Positions 1-8,455 of a DNA stretch of 32,000 nt are shown piece after piece. This DNA is from Bdellovibrionales bacterium (GTDB lineage: Bacteria > Bdellovibrionota > Bdellovibrionia > Bdellovibrionales > UBA1609): positions 1,050,001 to 1,082,000 of the forward strand of contig OY843585.1 of NCBI GenBank assembly GCA_963692945.1, given 5' to 3'. A program made the position numbers and the translations under genes. The notes under the pieces were generated by a model. It saw nothing but the letters and a program-made list of their open reading frames with translations, was not told where the DNA came from and made no database searches. Each line of letters starts with the position of its first letter. The stretch's first letter is position 1.

Positions 1-281
1 CTATAAACAGAAAGCCCTTCATTGTTTAAAATTTTTTCAAACTCTGAGCTGGCACAACATACTTTTAATTGATTTTGTTTATCTACATTTTCTAAAGTTT
101 TAGAAAAAACATCTACACCTATAGAACCTACAAAATTGAGAGAGGTTAAGTTAAAAACAATTTTTTTCTTTTTTAAGTTTGAAAAACAAAAAGAACTGAG
201 GCTATCTACACCACTTAAGTCCAAAATCCCCTCTAAATCTATAAAAAATATATCTTTATTTCTACGAATTTTTGTTTTCAT
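1..281 (-). CDS. STAS-domain protein (SpoIIAA-like anti-sigma-factor antagonist); its 3' end runs off the window
   Basis: This gene is not in the ORF track because it has no stop inside the window. My minus-strand translation from the ATG at 281-279 reads MKTKIRRNKDIFFIDLEGILDLSGVDSLSSFCFSNLKKKKIVFNLTSLNFVGSIGVDVFSKTLENVDKQNQLKVCCASSEFEKILNNEGLSVY and stays open to position 1. The pattern L-x-G-x-LD ... hydrophobic strand ... F-V-G-S-x-G ... is the STAS layout. It lies on the same strand directly downstream of cysS. Confidence 0.55.
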   Translation of the reverse strand, partial: MKTKIRRNKDIFFIDLEGILDLSGVDSLSSFCFSNLKKKKIVFNLTSLNFVGSIGVDVFSKTLENVDKQNQLKVCCASSEFEKILNNEGLSVY

Positions 282-346
282 ATATAGCTATTATAGCATA
301 AAAAAAGTGAGAAAAATAGAACCTAGACCTTATGATAGAGAATAAA

Positions 347-1834
347 TTAAATCTCTCTTGAAAAATGTTTTTTAACCTCCCAAAAGGTTCCTGTGGATGT
401 GTCTTTTATCTCAATCCCTAAATCTTCTAATTCTTTTCTTATCTTATCAGATGTTTGAAAATCCTTTTTATTCCTTGCACAACTTCGTTGTTCTAACATT
501 TTATTCACATGACTTCTAGTCAATCCTTTTTCCTTTAAAAGATAGTCATCTAGATTTTTCAAAAATTCCTTAGGAGGTTCTTGAAAAAGGGATAGCATTT
601 TTCCATATTTTTTAAAAAACAAAAGCAACTGTTCAGAACACCAAGTTTGTTCTTGAAGAGAAGTAAGTTTATCTTCTAAAAGAAAAGCAAATTGATTGAT
701 TACAGAGAAAAAAGAAGCAAAAGCTTTTGGTGTTGCAAAGTCATCATTAAAGGCATTAATAATTTCTTCCTCTGCTGTTTTAATTTTTTTTTGAAAATCC
801 GTATGCAGTTTCTTTTTTGTTGGATTGGATTCTAAAATATTTTCAGCCTTTACAAAATAAGAGTAAACTCTTGCAAGTGATGCAATAGATTGATAAATGG
901 TGGTTTGAGAAAATTGAACTTGTGAACGGTAGTGACTTGATAAAATAAGATATTTAAAAATCTCTCCCGGATATTTTTTTAAAAACTCTCTCATAGTCAT
1001 AATATTACCTAAAGATTTAGACATCTTATCCCCTGCTGTAACTATCATATTATTATGAATCCAATAACGGACATATTTTTTATTACAAATGGCTTCCGAT
1101 TGAGCTATTTCATTTTCATGATGAGGAAAAATTAAATCTGTTCCTCCACCATGAATATCAATTTCTTGACCTAAAAATTTATGTATCATGGCTGTGCATT
1201 CAATATGCCATCCTGGACGTCCTTTTCCCCAAGGACTATCCCAAGACCAATTTTCTTCAGGTTTGCTTTTTTTCCATAAGCTAAAATCTAAAGGGTCTTT
1301 CTTTTTTTTGTTTACATCTACTCTCGCTCCAACTAAAAGATCTTTTATATTTCTCCCACTTAAATAACCATAGTCTTTAAAAGAACGAACAGAATAAAAA
1401 ACATCTCCATCTGCTTCATAGGCTATCCCAAGTTGAATGAGACTATCAATAAGAGTGATTATTTCATGAATAGTTTCTGTGGCTTTAGGATTTGCGGTAT
1501 GAGGTCTTAGTTTAAGATCTTTAAAGTCTTTCTCAAATTCTTGGATGTATTTTTTGGAAATCTTATCTGGTGACTCATTTTCCTTTTTAGAGCGGTTTAA
1601 GATTTTATCGTCAATATCTGTAAAATTATAAATCAATTTCACTTTATAATCTAAAAACTCCAACCAATTTCTAAGAAAATTGTAAAAAACAGCTCCTCTA
1701 AAGTTTCCAATGTGCAAATAATCATAAACTGTAGGACCACAGCAATATATTTTTACAAAAGGAGAATCAATAGGGATAAACTCCTTTTTCTTTCTCTCTG
1801 CTGTGTCATAAATTTTAAGTACCGATTTTATCAT
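347..1834 (-). CDS. cysS: cysteine--tRNA ligase
   Basis: 495 aa. It has the class I aaRS HIGH-type motif (CGPTVYDYLHIGNFRG) and a KMSKS motif (KMSKSLGN). WHIECTAM and HGGGTDLIFPHHENE are characteristic of CysRS. Confidence 0.95.
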   Translation of the reverse strand: MIKSVLKIYDTAERKKKEFIPIDSPFVKIYCCGPTVYDYLHIGNFRGAVFYNFLRNWLEFLDYKVKLIYNFTDIDDKILNRSKKENESPDKISKKYIQEFEKDFKDLKLRPHTANPKATETIHEIITLIDSLIQLGIAYEADGDVFYSVRSFKDYGYLSGRNIKDLLVGARVDVNKKKKDPLDFSLWKKSKPEENWSWDSPWGKGRPGWHIECTAMIHKFLGQEIDIHGGGTDLIFPHHENEIAQSEAICNKKYVRYWIHNNMIVTAGDKMSKSLGNIMTMREFLKKYPGEIFKYLILSSHYRSQVQFSQTTIYQSIASLARVYSYFVKAENILESNPTKKKLHTDFQKKIKTAEEEIINAFNDDFATPKAFASFFSVINQFAFLLEDKLTSLQEQTWCSEQLLLFFKKYGKMLSLFQEPPKEFLKNLDDYLLKEKGLTRSHVNKMLEQRSCARNKKDFQTSDKIRKELEDLGIEIKDTSTGTFWEVKKHFSREI

Positions 1835-2064
1835 TTTCCATCATCTCCAATAGCCGATACAGGACAACATTCTAAAGCCTCTTTACAATGTTCCATCTCT
1901 TCAGGTGTATGAGGTTGTTTATAAACAAAAGCATAGCCTTCTTCTTCATGAAGCTTAAAATGATTTTCTGCTGCTAAAACACAGGCATCACAATTGATAC
2001 ACTCCCTATCTACATAGAACAGTCCTGGAACATTTTCAGAGTATTTATTGTTTTTATCAGCCAT
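1831..2064 (-). CDS. small [4Fe-4S]/[3Fe-4S] ferredoxin
   Basis: 77 aa. It carries CxxCxxC (CINCDACV) plus a distal CP (ECCPVSAI), the typical single-cluster ferredoxin layout. Its stop overlaps the cysS start by 4 nt (1831-1834). Confidence 0.8.
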   Translation of the reverse strand: MADKNNKYSENVPGLFYVDRECINCDACVLAAENHFKLHEEEGYAFVYKQPHTPEEMEHCKEALECCPVSAIGDDGK

Positions 2065-2168
2065 AACAATTAAGTATCATAATGGTTATTTCTTGTATAG
2101 TTATCAAGGTAAAAAAAGCTTTCTTTTTAGAAAAAAAACATTTACTATTTTTCTAGAAAAAATTTAAA

Positions 2169-4745
2169 ATGATGAAGTTAAAAAAATACAATCCATCGGA
2201 AATAGAAACGAAGTACCAAAAGGCTTGGTTAGAAAATAACACCTATGCTTATAAGCCTGGACTAAGTAAAGAAAACAATTTTATTATAGATACAGCTCCT
2301 CCTACAATTTCAGGGTCTTTACATATTGGTCATGTTTTTAGCTACACTCAAACGGATGTTTTGGCACGCTTTCAAAGAATGCTTGGTAAAAATGTTTTTT
2401 ATCCTATGGGTTGGGATGATAATGGACTTCCTACAGAAAAAAGAATCCAAACTCTTTATGGTATTTACTGTGATCCCATGAAAAATTATGAAAAAAACTT
2501 AGTCGTAGAAAAACAAACAAAGAAAGTTCCTCTTCGCCCTGTATCCCGTAAAAATTTTTTAGAAATTTGTCATCAGCAAGTCTTAGAAGATGAAAAAAAA
2601 TATAAAAAACTATGGTCTCATATAGCCTTATCTGTTGACTGGAATCAAACTTATGAAACTATTGGGGCACATTCTCAAAAAATCTCACAAAAATCTTTTT
2701 TAGATCTTTATGAAAAAAATCTAATTGAAAATCGCTTTACCCCTGTATCATGGGATGTGAATTTTCAAACGGCAATTGCCCAAGCAGATATTGAAGATAG
2801 AGAAAGACAGGGTTTTTATCATGATATTCGTTTTGAAGTAAAGGGAGGGGGGCAATTTACGATCTCAACAACTCGCCCAGAGCTTCTAGCAGCCTGTGTT
2901 GCTGTAACAGCTCATCCAGAAGATGATCGTTATAAAAAGTTCTTTTCTAAAACAGCCATCACTCCCCTTTTTGGAGCCGAAGTTCCCATCATTCCCTCCT
3001 CTCATGCTGATCCAGAAAAAGGAACAGGTATTTTAATGATTTGCACCTTTGGAGATATGGAGGATGTTCATTTTTGGCAAAAACATTCTTTACCTTTAAA
3101 ACAAATTTTGACTTCACAAGGACGATTAAAAGAAATTTCTTTTCAAGAAGAAATTTTTAAAAGTGTAGATTCAGAAAAAGCAAAAAAGTATTACGCAACC
3201 CTTTGTGGTTTAAAAGTTTTAAAAGCAAGAACACAAATAGTTGATCTTTTAAAAGAAGAAAATGTTTTAGTTGGAGAACCAAAAGCAACCACTCAATTTG
3301 TAAAATATTATGAAAAAGGAGATCAAGCTTTAGAATTGATACCAACCAGACAATGGTTTATAAAAATTTTAGATTATAAACAAGAATTGATTGAATATGG
3401 TAAAAAAGTGATTTGGCACCCTCCTTCTTTTTATAAAAGATATGAGCAATGGGTTGAAAATTTAAATCAAGATTGGTGCATTTCTAGGCAAAGATTCTTT
3501 GGTGTGCCATTTCCTATTTGGTATCCTATCCATTCTAATTCTGAAATTGATTATAAAAATGTTCTCTTAGCTTCTCAACTTCCTACAGACCCTATGAAAA
3601 CGGCTCCTAAAGGCTATAAAGAAGAACAAAGGGATAAAGCCAATGGTTTCACAGCAACTCCTGATGTTATGGACACTTGGGCCACCTCTTCCCTAACTCC
3701 CTTCATTAGTAGTCACTGGGTTTATGATTTGAAAAGACATAACGAACTATTTCCTGCAGATTTACGCCCACAAGCTCATGAAATTATACGAACTTGGGCT
3801 TTTTATACTATTGTAAAATCTTACTTTCATACAAAATGCCCTCCATGGAAAAATATTGCTATCAGTGGTTGGGTTGTAGATCCCAATCGCTCTAAAATGA
3901 GTAAATCAAAAGGAAATATTATCACTCCTGAACAAACCATTAAAAATTATTCTGCAGATGCTGTTCGGTATTGGGCAACAAAATCTCGTTTAGGCCAAGA
4001 CACTGTCTATGAAGAGAGAATGTTTAAAACGGGTCAAAGACTAACAACAAAAATTTTTAATGCTGCAAAATTTGTAAATCTTCAAGTGGAAGATCAAAAG
4101 TTCTCTATTAGTTATTTAAAAAACAATATAAATTCTATCACTGAGCCAGTGGATCAAAGTTGGTTGGTAAAACTTGAAGTCCTAGTGGAGCAAGCAAGCT
4201 CTCATCTTAAAAATTTTGAATATTCTTTATCTCTTGATCTTATAGAAAAAACTTTTTGGATCTTTTGTGATAACTATTTAGAACTTATTAAATCTAGAAC
4301 CTATCAGCTGAAAGATAAGCCAGAAGGACTTTCAGGGCTTCTCTCTTTAGACTATAGTTTGTATTTGTTTTTAAAACTTTTTGCTCCTTATCTCCCCTAT
4401 ATTACAGAAGAGGTTTGGTCTTGGAGATATAAAGAAGAACAAAATTCTATTCATAATTCTAAATGGCCTACACCTCTTATTTCTGACAAAAAGTTCACTT
4501 CAAAAGAAACTATAGAACTTGCTTTTTCTATTTTAGAACTCATACGAAATGAAAAATCCTCTCAACAAAAAAGTCTTGCCACAGAAGTTAAAACAATTTC
4601 TATTACTATCCCCTCCAATAAAATAAAGTTATTTCAATTTTGCAAACAAGATATTCTTAAAGCAGGACATATTCCAGAAAAGGCTCTTACCATTTTAGAA
4701 TCTAAAGACAAAGAAGAAAGTTATAAAATATCTCTTACTTTATAA
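2169..4745 (+). CDS. valS: valine--tRNA ligase (appears to be the type-2, archaeal-like form)
   Basis: 858 aa. It has HIGH (SGSLHIGH) and KMSKS (KMSKSKGN) motifs and the ValRS editing-domain motif TTRPELLAACVAVTAHPEDDRY. The GWDDNGLPTE segment replaces the TDHAGIATQ segment of bacterial-type ValRS, and there is no long C-terminal coiled coil. Confidence 0.88.
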   Translation: MMKLKKYNPSEIETKYQKAWLENNTYAYKPGLSKENNFIIDTAPPTISGSLHIGHVFSYTQTDVLARFQRMLGKNVFYPMGWDDNGLPTEKRIQTLYGIYCDPMKNYEKNLVVEKQTKKVPLRPVSRKNFLEICHQQVLEDEKKYKKLWSHIALSVDWNQTYETIGAHSQKISQKSFLDLYEKNLIENRFTPVSWDVNFQTAIAQADIEDRERQGFYHDIRFEVKGGGQFTISTTRPELLAACVAVTAHPEDDRYKKFFSKTAITPLFGAEVPIIPSSHADPEKGTGILMICTFGDMEDVHFWQKHSLPLKQILTSQGRLKEISFQEEIFKSVDSEKAKKYYATLCGLKVLKARTQIVDLLKEENVLVGEPKATTQFVKYYEKGDQALELIPTRQWFIKILDYKQELIEYGKKVIWHPPSFYKRYEQWVENLNQDWCISRQRFFGVPFPIWYPIHSNSEIDYKNVLLASQLPTDPMKTAPKGYKEEQRDKANGFTATPDVMDTWATSSLTPFISSHWVYDLKRHNELFPADLRPQAHEIIRTWAFYTIVKSYFHTKCPPWKNIAISGWVVDPNRSKMSKSKGNIITPEQTIKNYSADAVRYWATKSRLGQDTVYEERMFKTGQRLTTKIFNAAKFVNLQVEDQKFSISYLKNNINSITEPVDQSWLVKLEVLVEQASSHLKNFEYSLSLDLIEKTFWIFCDNYLELIKSRTYQLKDKPEGLSGLLSLDYSLYLFLKLFAPYLPYITEEVWSWRYKEEQNSIHNSKWPTPLISDKKFTSKETIELAFSILELIRNEKSSQQKSLATEVKTISITIPSNKIKLFQFCKQDILKAGHIPEKALTILESKDKEESYKISLTL

Positions 4746-4747
4746 TT

Positions 4748-4857
4748 TTATTGATTTAATAAATAGCGTAATTTATTTTTGGATTTTATAAAAAACAAAC
4801 ACTATACACAGTAGATAATATAAAAATTAAATAAAACTCTTATTGATTTAATAAATA
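4748..4857. repeat. perfect 18-bp direct repeat TTATTGATTTAATAAATA (4748-4765 and 4840-4857)
   Basis: Both copies were read directly. They lie 92 bp apart in the convergent intergenic region between valS and the lipoprotein gene. Each copy contains the small palindrome TTATT-N5-AATAA. Confidence 0.8.
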
Positions 4858-4890
4858 TTTTTAAACTTCATTATCTTCTAAGAAATCAAA

Positions 4891-5472
4891 TCAGTTACAA
4901 GATTCTTTTAAAGAATTAACAACTTTTTTATAAGCACTGTAATAACATTTAAAGTCTCCATCATCACATGCTGATGCAGGATTATCACTCTTTGAAGGGC
5001 TGGAATCATGTTTTTTATTGGAATAATAATGTTTTATTTCATCTCTAATGGATGGATCTTTATCTTTGCTAAAAAATTCATCTGCATTTAAAGCCTTATC
5101 AATTTCATCTGCTACGGCTTCCTGTTGATCGGATGGAATATCAACATTGTTAACAATTCCACTTGTATAACCTATCTCCATAATTAATAAAAAAGCTTGT
5201 TCTGGTGGACTACAAGTATTGACAGCCTTTAAATAAGCGTCTTCAGTAGTTACTGAATCTTCTTTAATATTTTTATGACATTTTGATTCTTCATCATATA
5301 TCTTACAAAACAAAGATTTGTATTCTTTAACAAGTAAAGAAGGAATTTTTTCAGGTTTTGCATTTTGAACCAGTCTTTCCAAGCCACTAGCTATTTCAGA
5401 TTTAGTTCTTGAATCCTTATTCTTACAAGATGTTATAGTCATCGCCGTTAATAATAAAAATATAAGTTTCAT
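4891..5472 (-). CDS. Cys-rich lipoprotein of unknown function
   Basis: 193 aa. It has a signal peptide with a lipobox (LLLTAMTITSC) and six further Cys residues in the mature part. It is divergent from the TonB-dependent receptor gene. I recognised no family. Confidence 0.6.
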   Translation of the reverse strand: MKLIFLLLTAMTITSCKNKDSRTKSEIASGLERLVQNAKPEKIPSLLVKEYKSLFCKIYDEESKCHKNIKEDSVTTEDAYLKAVNTCSPPEQAFLLIMEIGYTSGIVNNVDIPSDQQEAVADEIDKALNADEFFSKDKDPSIRDEIKHYYSNKKHDSSPSKSDNPASACDDGDFKCYYSAYKKVVNSLKESCN

Positions 5473-5720
5473 AAATACTCCTTTTTGAATTGTATTTCTT
5501 ATTTCAAGATATTTGGTTAGTCTATCTATAGAGGATTTTTTGTCAATAATAAATTAAGACATAGCATCACTTAAAAAGATGTTTTAGATATTTTCAAACT
5601 AACTTATAAGATTAAAATTCATTCTTTCTAGCTAAAAAAACAACTTTTTTTATTTGTTTTTAAAAAATTTTATGCTAAGTTCTTTGCTTTAGAAAAGTGT
5701 TAAATTAAAGGGGAAAAATT

Positions 5721-8453
5721 ATGAAATTCATTCTTATGTTGGTCATTTTATTGGGTTTAAACCCTTTCTTCAGTTTTTCGGCTGAAAACAATAATGTGGA
5801 AAGAATACAGGTTACAGGGTCTCGTATTAAACGAATTAATATTGAAGGACCTTCACCCTTATTGATTTTAGATAAAGAAGATTTAGAAAATTCAGGATAC
5901 AATTCTGTAGCTGATGTTTTAAGAGATACAAATATAGCTCCTTTCGGTGTAGCTCGTGAAAGCACAGGAGGTTCTATTGCTGGTGAAGCCTTTACAGGAG
6001 TTCATGGTGCAAGTGCTCTTATTTTAATCAATGGGCGAAGAGTTATAGAAGATCCTAATGCGGAAGCCGTTGATCTTCATCTTATTCCTATATATGCCGT
6101 TGAACGAATAGAAATCATTAAAGACGGTTCTTCAGCTATTTATGGCTCTAATGCTCTAGGTGGAGTTATTAACTTTATCATGAAAGAAAATTTTTCAGGA
6201 ACAGGATACTATGGCCGTATCTCCCCTACTCTTTATCCCTTTTATAAAGGGGGTCATCGTTTAGAGGGAGCCGTCGTTTGGGGAAACACCCATCCAAGAG
6301 GGTCTGTTACAGGTGCTTTACAATTTCGTTTGAATGATAGTATTTTTGCATCAGATAGAAAATGGTCTATAGAAAATATTAGCCCTACGAGCGTTCACCC
6401 TGCTATACATTTTGAAGATAGTAGGATTTCTATTTCAGATTCTTGTCCTGTAGAAAGTAGAAAAGAAACAGAATGTTCCTATAATTTTTCAGAATACATA
6501 CATACATTGCCTCAAATTGCTCAGTTTTCTGGATACATTCAAGGAGACTATAAGTGGAAAGGAATGAATCTTTACTCTCAAATTCTATCTTCTTATAAAA
6601 GAACTTCTTACCAATACCCTCCTCAACCAGGGGCTATTCCATTAGATTCAGGACATAAATTATCTACTCATACAGGTGTTAAAGGAAGACTCATTTATCG
6701 CTTTAAAGAATCGGGGTTTAGAATGTCATTAACTGATTATCTAACAATGGATACAGCTTTTGGAGCTAAAGGTTATCTGTCTTCAAATTGGGATTGGGAT
6801 GCAAATGTAAAAATATCTGGAACCTATAAAAAAGATAATTTCTCAGGACTTCTTGTTAAAGATACAATTATAAAATTAGTCAATGAAGGAATCTATGACC
6901 CTTATAATTCAAGCCAAAGAGATTTGAGTGAGGCTATGTACAAATCTATAGATCATAATTCTTCTGTCCTTTTATCAACGGACCTCATTTTTTCTGGAAA
7001 CATAGGAGCTGTTGATACAGCTTTTGGAGTTCAACAATTCTATAAAAATTATACAGAAGAAGCAGATCCTAAAGTTAAATCTGGTAATATTTTAGGAAAT
7101 GCAGGCTCGGATGGTTCTGGATCAAGAAAAATAAGTTCTTTCTTTGGAGAAGCGACTTACTCTCCTTTTGATAGTTTTGAGATTCAATTAGCAGGTCGTG
7201 GAGATTATTATTTTGATTTAAATAGACTCGCTGAAAGCGAAAAGAATAAATCCAATGGAGTTGATGAAAGCGAAGATAATAAATCCAATGAACTCGATGA
7301 AAGCGAAGATAATAAATCCATAGGAGTTTTTACTTTTAATCCAAAAGTGGCTTTTAGATATCAACCCAGAGATTCTTTTTTATTGAGAGGTAGTATAGGA
7401 ACTTCCTTTACTGCACCTTCTTTACATAGCCTTTATGGATCAAAATCAGAAGGATTTAGTAGGGGTCTTATTGATTACATTGCTTGTTTCAATCAATTGA
7501 AAGCATCTGGAGATATTTCTGATTTACAAGAAACTCTTGTTAAAGATTTTCTTGCAGATCAACAAGAAACTATTGAGAAAAAGGATTTACCACAAGAATC
7601 AAAAACAAAATTAGAAAAACTAGTAAATGTATTTTCAAAAAGAGAATACTGTAACGACAGGCAATATCATGTTGAAATTAAAAATAATAAAAACCTAAAA
7701 GAAATAAAAGGTCTTTCTGCTTCTTTAGGCTCTGTTATTCAAATCAATGAAGATATAAGCTTCACCTTAGATGGATGGTATATCAAAACAAATGGATCTC
7801 CTGGAAATGGTATTAGTGAGGACACCATAAAAGTAGAGTTAAAAAAAGGGAAAGATTTTGTTGCTAAACAAGGAATCATTATCAATAGAGATTCAACAAA
7901 TCCATACAAACCTATATTAAATTCTAGAAGTAAGGAAGGCTTACCAGGTATAGATGCAAAAACTATAAATATGTCAAGTTCTGAAATTTCTGGCTTAGAT
8001 TTCGCTTTGTTGGCCTTCTTACCTGATATTCATTATCGTGGTGGAAATTTTTATGTAAAAGAAGAAGGGAGTGTTATTTTTTATTCTAAATCTGAAGGTT
8101 TTCCAGGAAGAGGTTTTAAAGATAACATAGGTAAATTTGGCTTGCCTCGTTGGAGAACGGCTAGCACATTAGGTTGGAAAAATAAAAACCATAACATGGC
8201 TTTCAAACTAAATAGTTTTGCTTCAGTGACAAAACTAAATAATCAATTAGAATCTTTACCTATGCATCATCGTTTGGATATATCTTATCAATGGGCTATA
8301 GACTCTAAAACCATTGTAAATGCTGGTTGGATAAACATTTTATTCAATGACCCTCCTATAGATAATACGATTAAAAACGATCCACAAATTGATGAAGATC
8401 TTTATGAAATCCGTGGCCCTCATTTTTATGTGGGATTCAAAAAACTAATATAG
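5721..8453 (+). CDS. TonB-dependent outer-membrane receptor
   Basis: 910 aa. It has a signal peptide and a TonB-box-like ERIQVTGSRIKR. Plug-domain motifs are present (LILINGRRV, ERIEIIKDGSSAIYGSNALGGVINF), followed by a long beta-barrel region. There is a good RBS (AAAGGGGA) 8 nt upstream. Confidence 0.9.
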   Translation: MKFILMLVILLGLNPFFSFSAENNNVERIQVTGSRIKRINIEGPSPLLILDKEDLENSGYNSVADVLRDTNIAPFGVARESTGGSIAGEAFTGVHGASALILINGRRVIEDPNAEAVDLHLIPIYAVERIEIIKDGSSAIYGSNALGGVINFIMKENFSGTGYYGRISPTLYPFYKGGHRLEGAVVWGNTHPRGSVTGALQFRLNDSIFASDRKWSIENISPTSVHPAIHFEDSRISISDSCPVESRKETECSYNFSEYIHTLPQIAQFSGYIQGDYKWKGMNLYSQILSSYKRTSYQYPPQPGAIPLDSGHKLSTHTGVKGRLIYRFKESGFRMSLTDYLTMDTAFGAKGYLSSNWDWDANVKISGTYKKDNFSGLLVKDTIIKLVNEGIYDPYNSSQRDLSEAMYKSIDHNSSVLLSTDLIFSGNIGAVDTAFGVQQFYKNYTEEADPKVKSGNILGNAGSDGSGSRKISSFFGEATYSPFDSFEIQLAGRGDYYFDLNRLAESEKNKSNGVDESEDNKSNELDESEDNKSIGVFTFNPKVAFRYQPRDSFLLRGSIGTSFTAPSLHSLYGSKSEGFSRGLIDYIACFNQLKASGDISDLQETLVKDFLADQQETIEKKDLPQESKTKLEKLVNVFSKREYCNDRQYHVEIKNNKNLKEIKGLSASLGSVIQINEDISFTLDGWYIKTNGSPGNGISEDTIKVELKKGKDFVAKQGIIINRDSTNPYKPILNSRSKEGLPGIDAKTINMSSSEISGLDFALLAFLPDIHYRGGNFYVKEEGSVIFYSKSEGFPGRGFKDNIGKFGLPRWRTASTLGWKNKNHNMAFKLNSFASVTKLNNQLESLPMHHRLDISYQWAIDSKTIVNAGWINILFNDPPIDNTIKNDPQIDEDLYEIRGPHFYVGFKKLI
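7233..7328 (+). repeat. 33-bp in-frame tandem repeat, about 2.9 copies, inside the receptor gene
   Basis: The copies are GAAAGCGAAAAGAATAAATCCAATGGAGTTGAT, GAAAGCGAAGATAATAAATCCAATGAACTCGAT and GAAAGCGAAGATAATAAATCCATAGGAGTT. They encode ESEKNKSNGVD / ESEDNKSNELD / ESEDNKSIGV. Confidence 0.9.
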
Positions 8454-8455
8454 AA

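Noticed and set aside
136-345. 69-aa plus-strand ORF from the track
   Set aside because: The sequence is low-complexity and Lys/Phe-rich, with no RBS. It lies antisense to the much more protein-like STAS-domain frame on the minus strand, so it is most likely a shadow ORF.
1712-1912. 66-aa plus-strand ORF
   Set aside because: It lies entirely antisense to the cysS and ferredoxin coding sequences, so it is a shadow ORF.
3157-3345. 62-aa minus-strand ORF inside valS
   Set aside because: It is antisense to a confidently called gene. Its Leu-rich composition is typical of shadow frames in AT-rich DNA.
5473-5720. Fur box or riboswitch upstream of the TonB-dependent receptor operon
   Set aside because: The best matches I could align to GATAATGATAATCATTATC (around 5540-5560 and 5606-5624) reach only about 8-9 of 19 positions, which is what AT-rich DNA gives by chance. 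There is no GC-rich conserved core such as a B12 box or a TPP motif.
5705-5965. 86-aa minus-strand ORF overlapping the start of the receptor gene
   Set aside because: It is antisense to the TBDR signal peptide and plug region and has no recognisable features.
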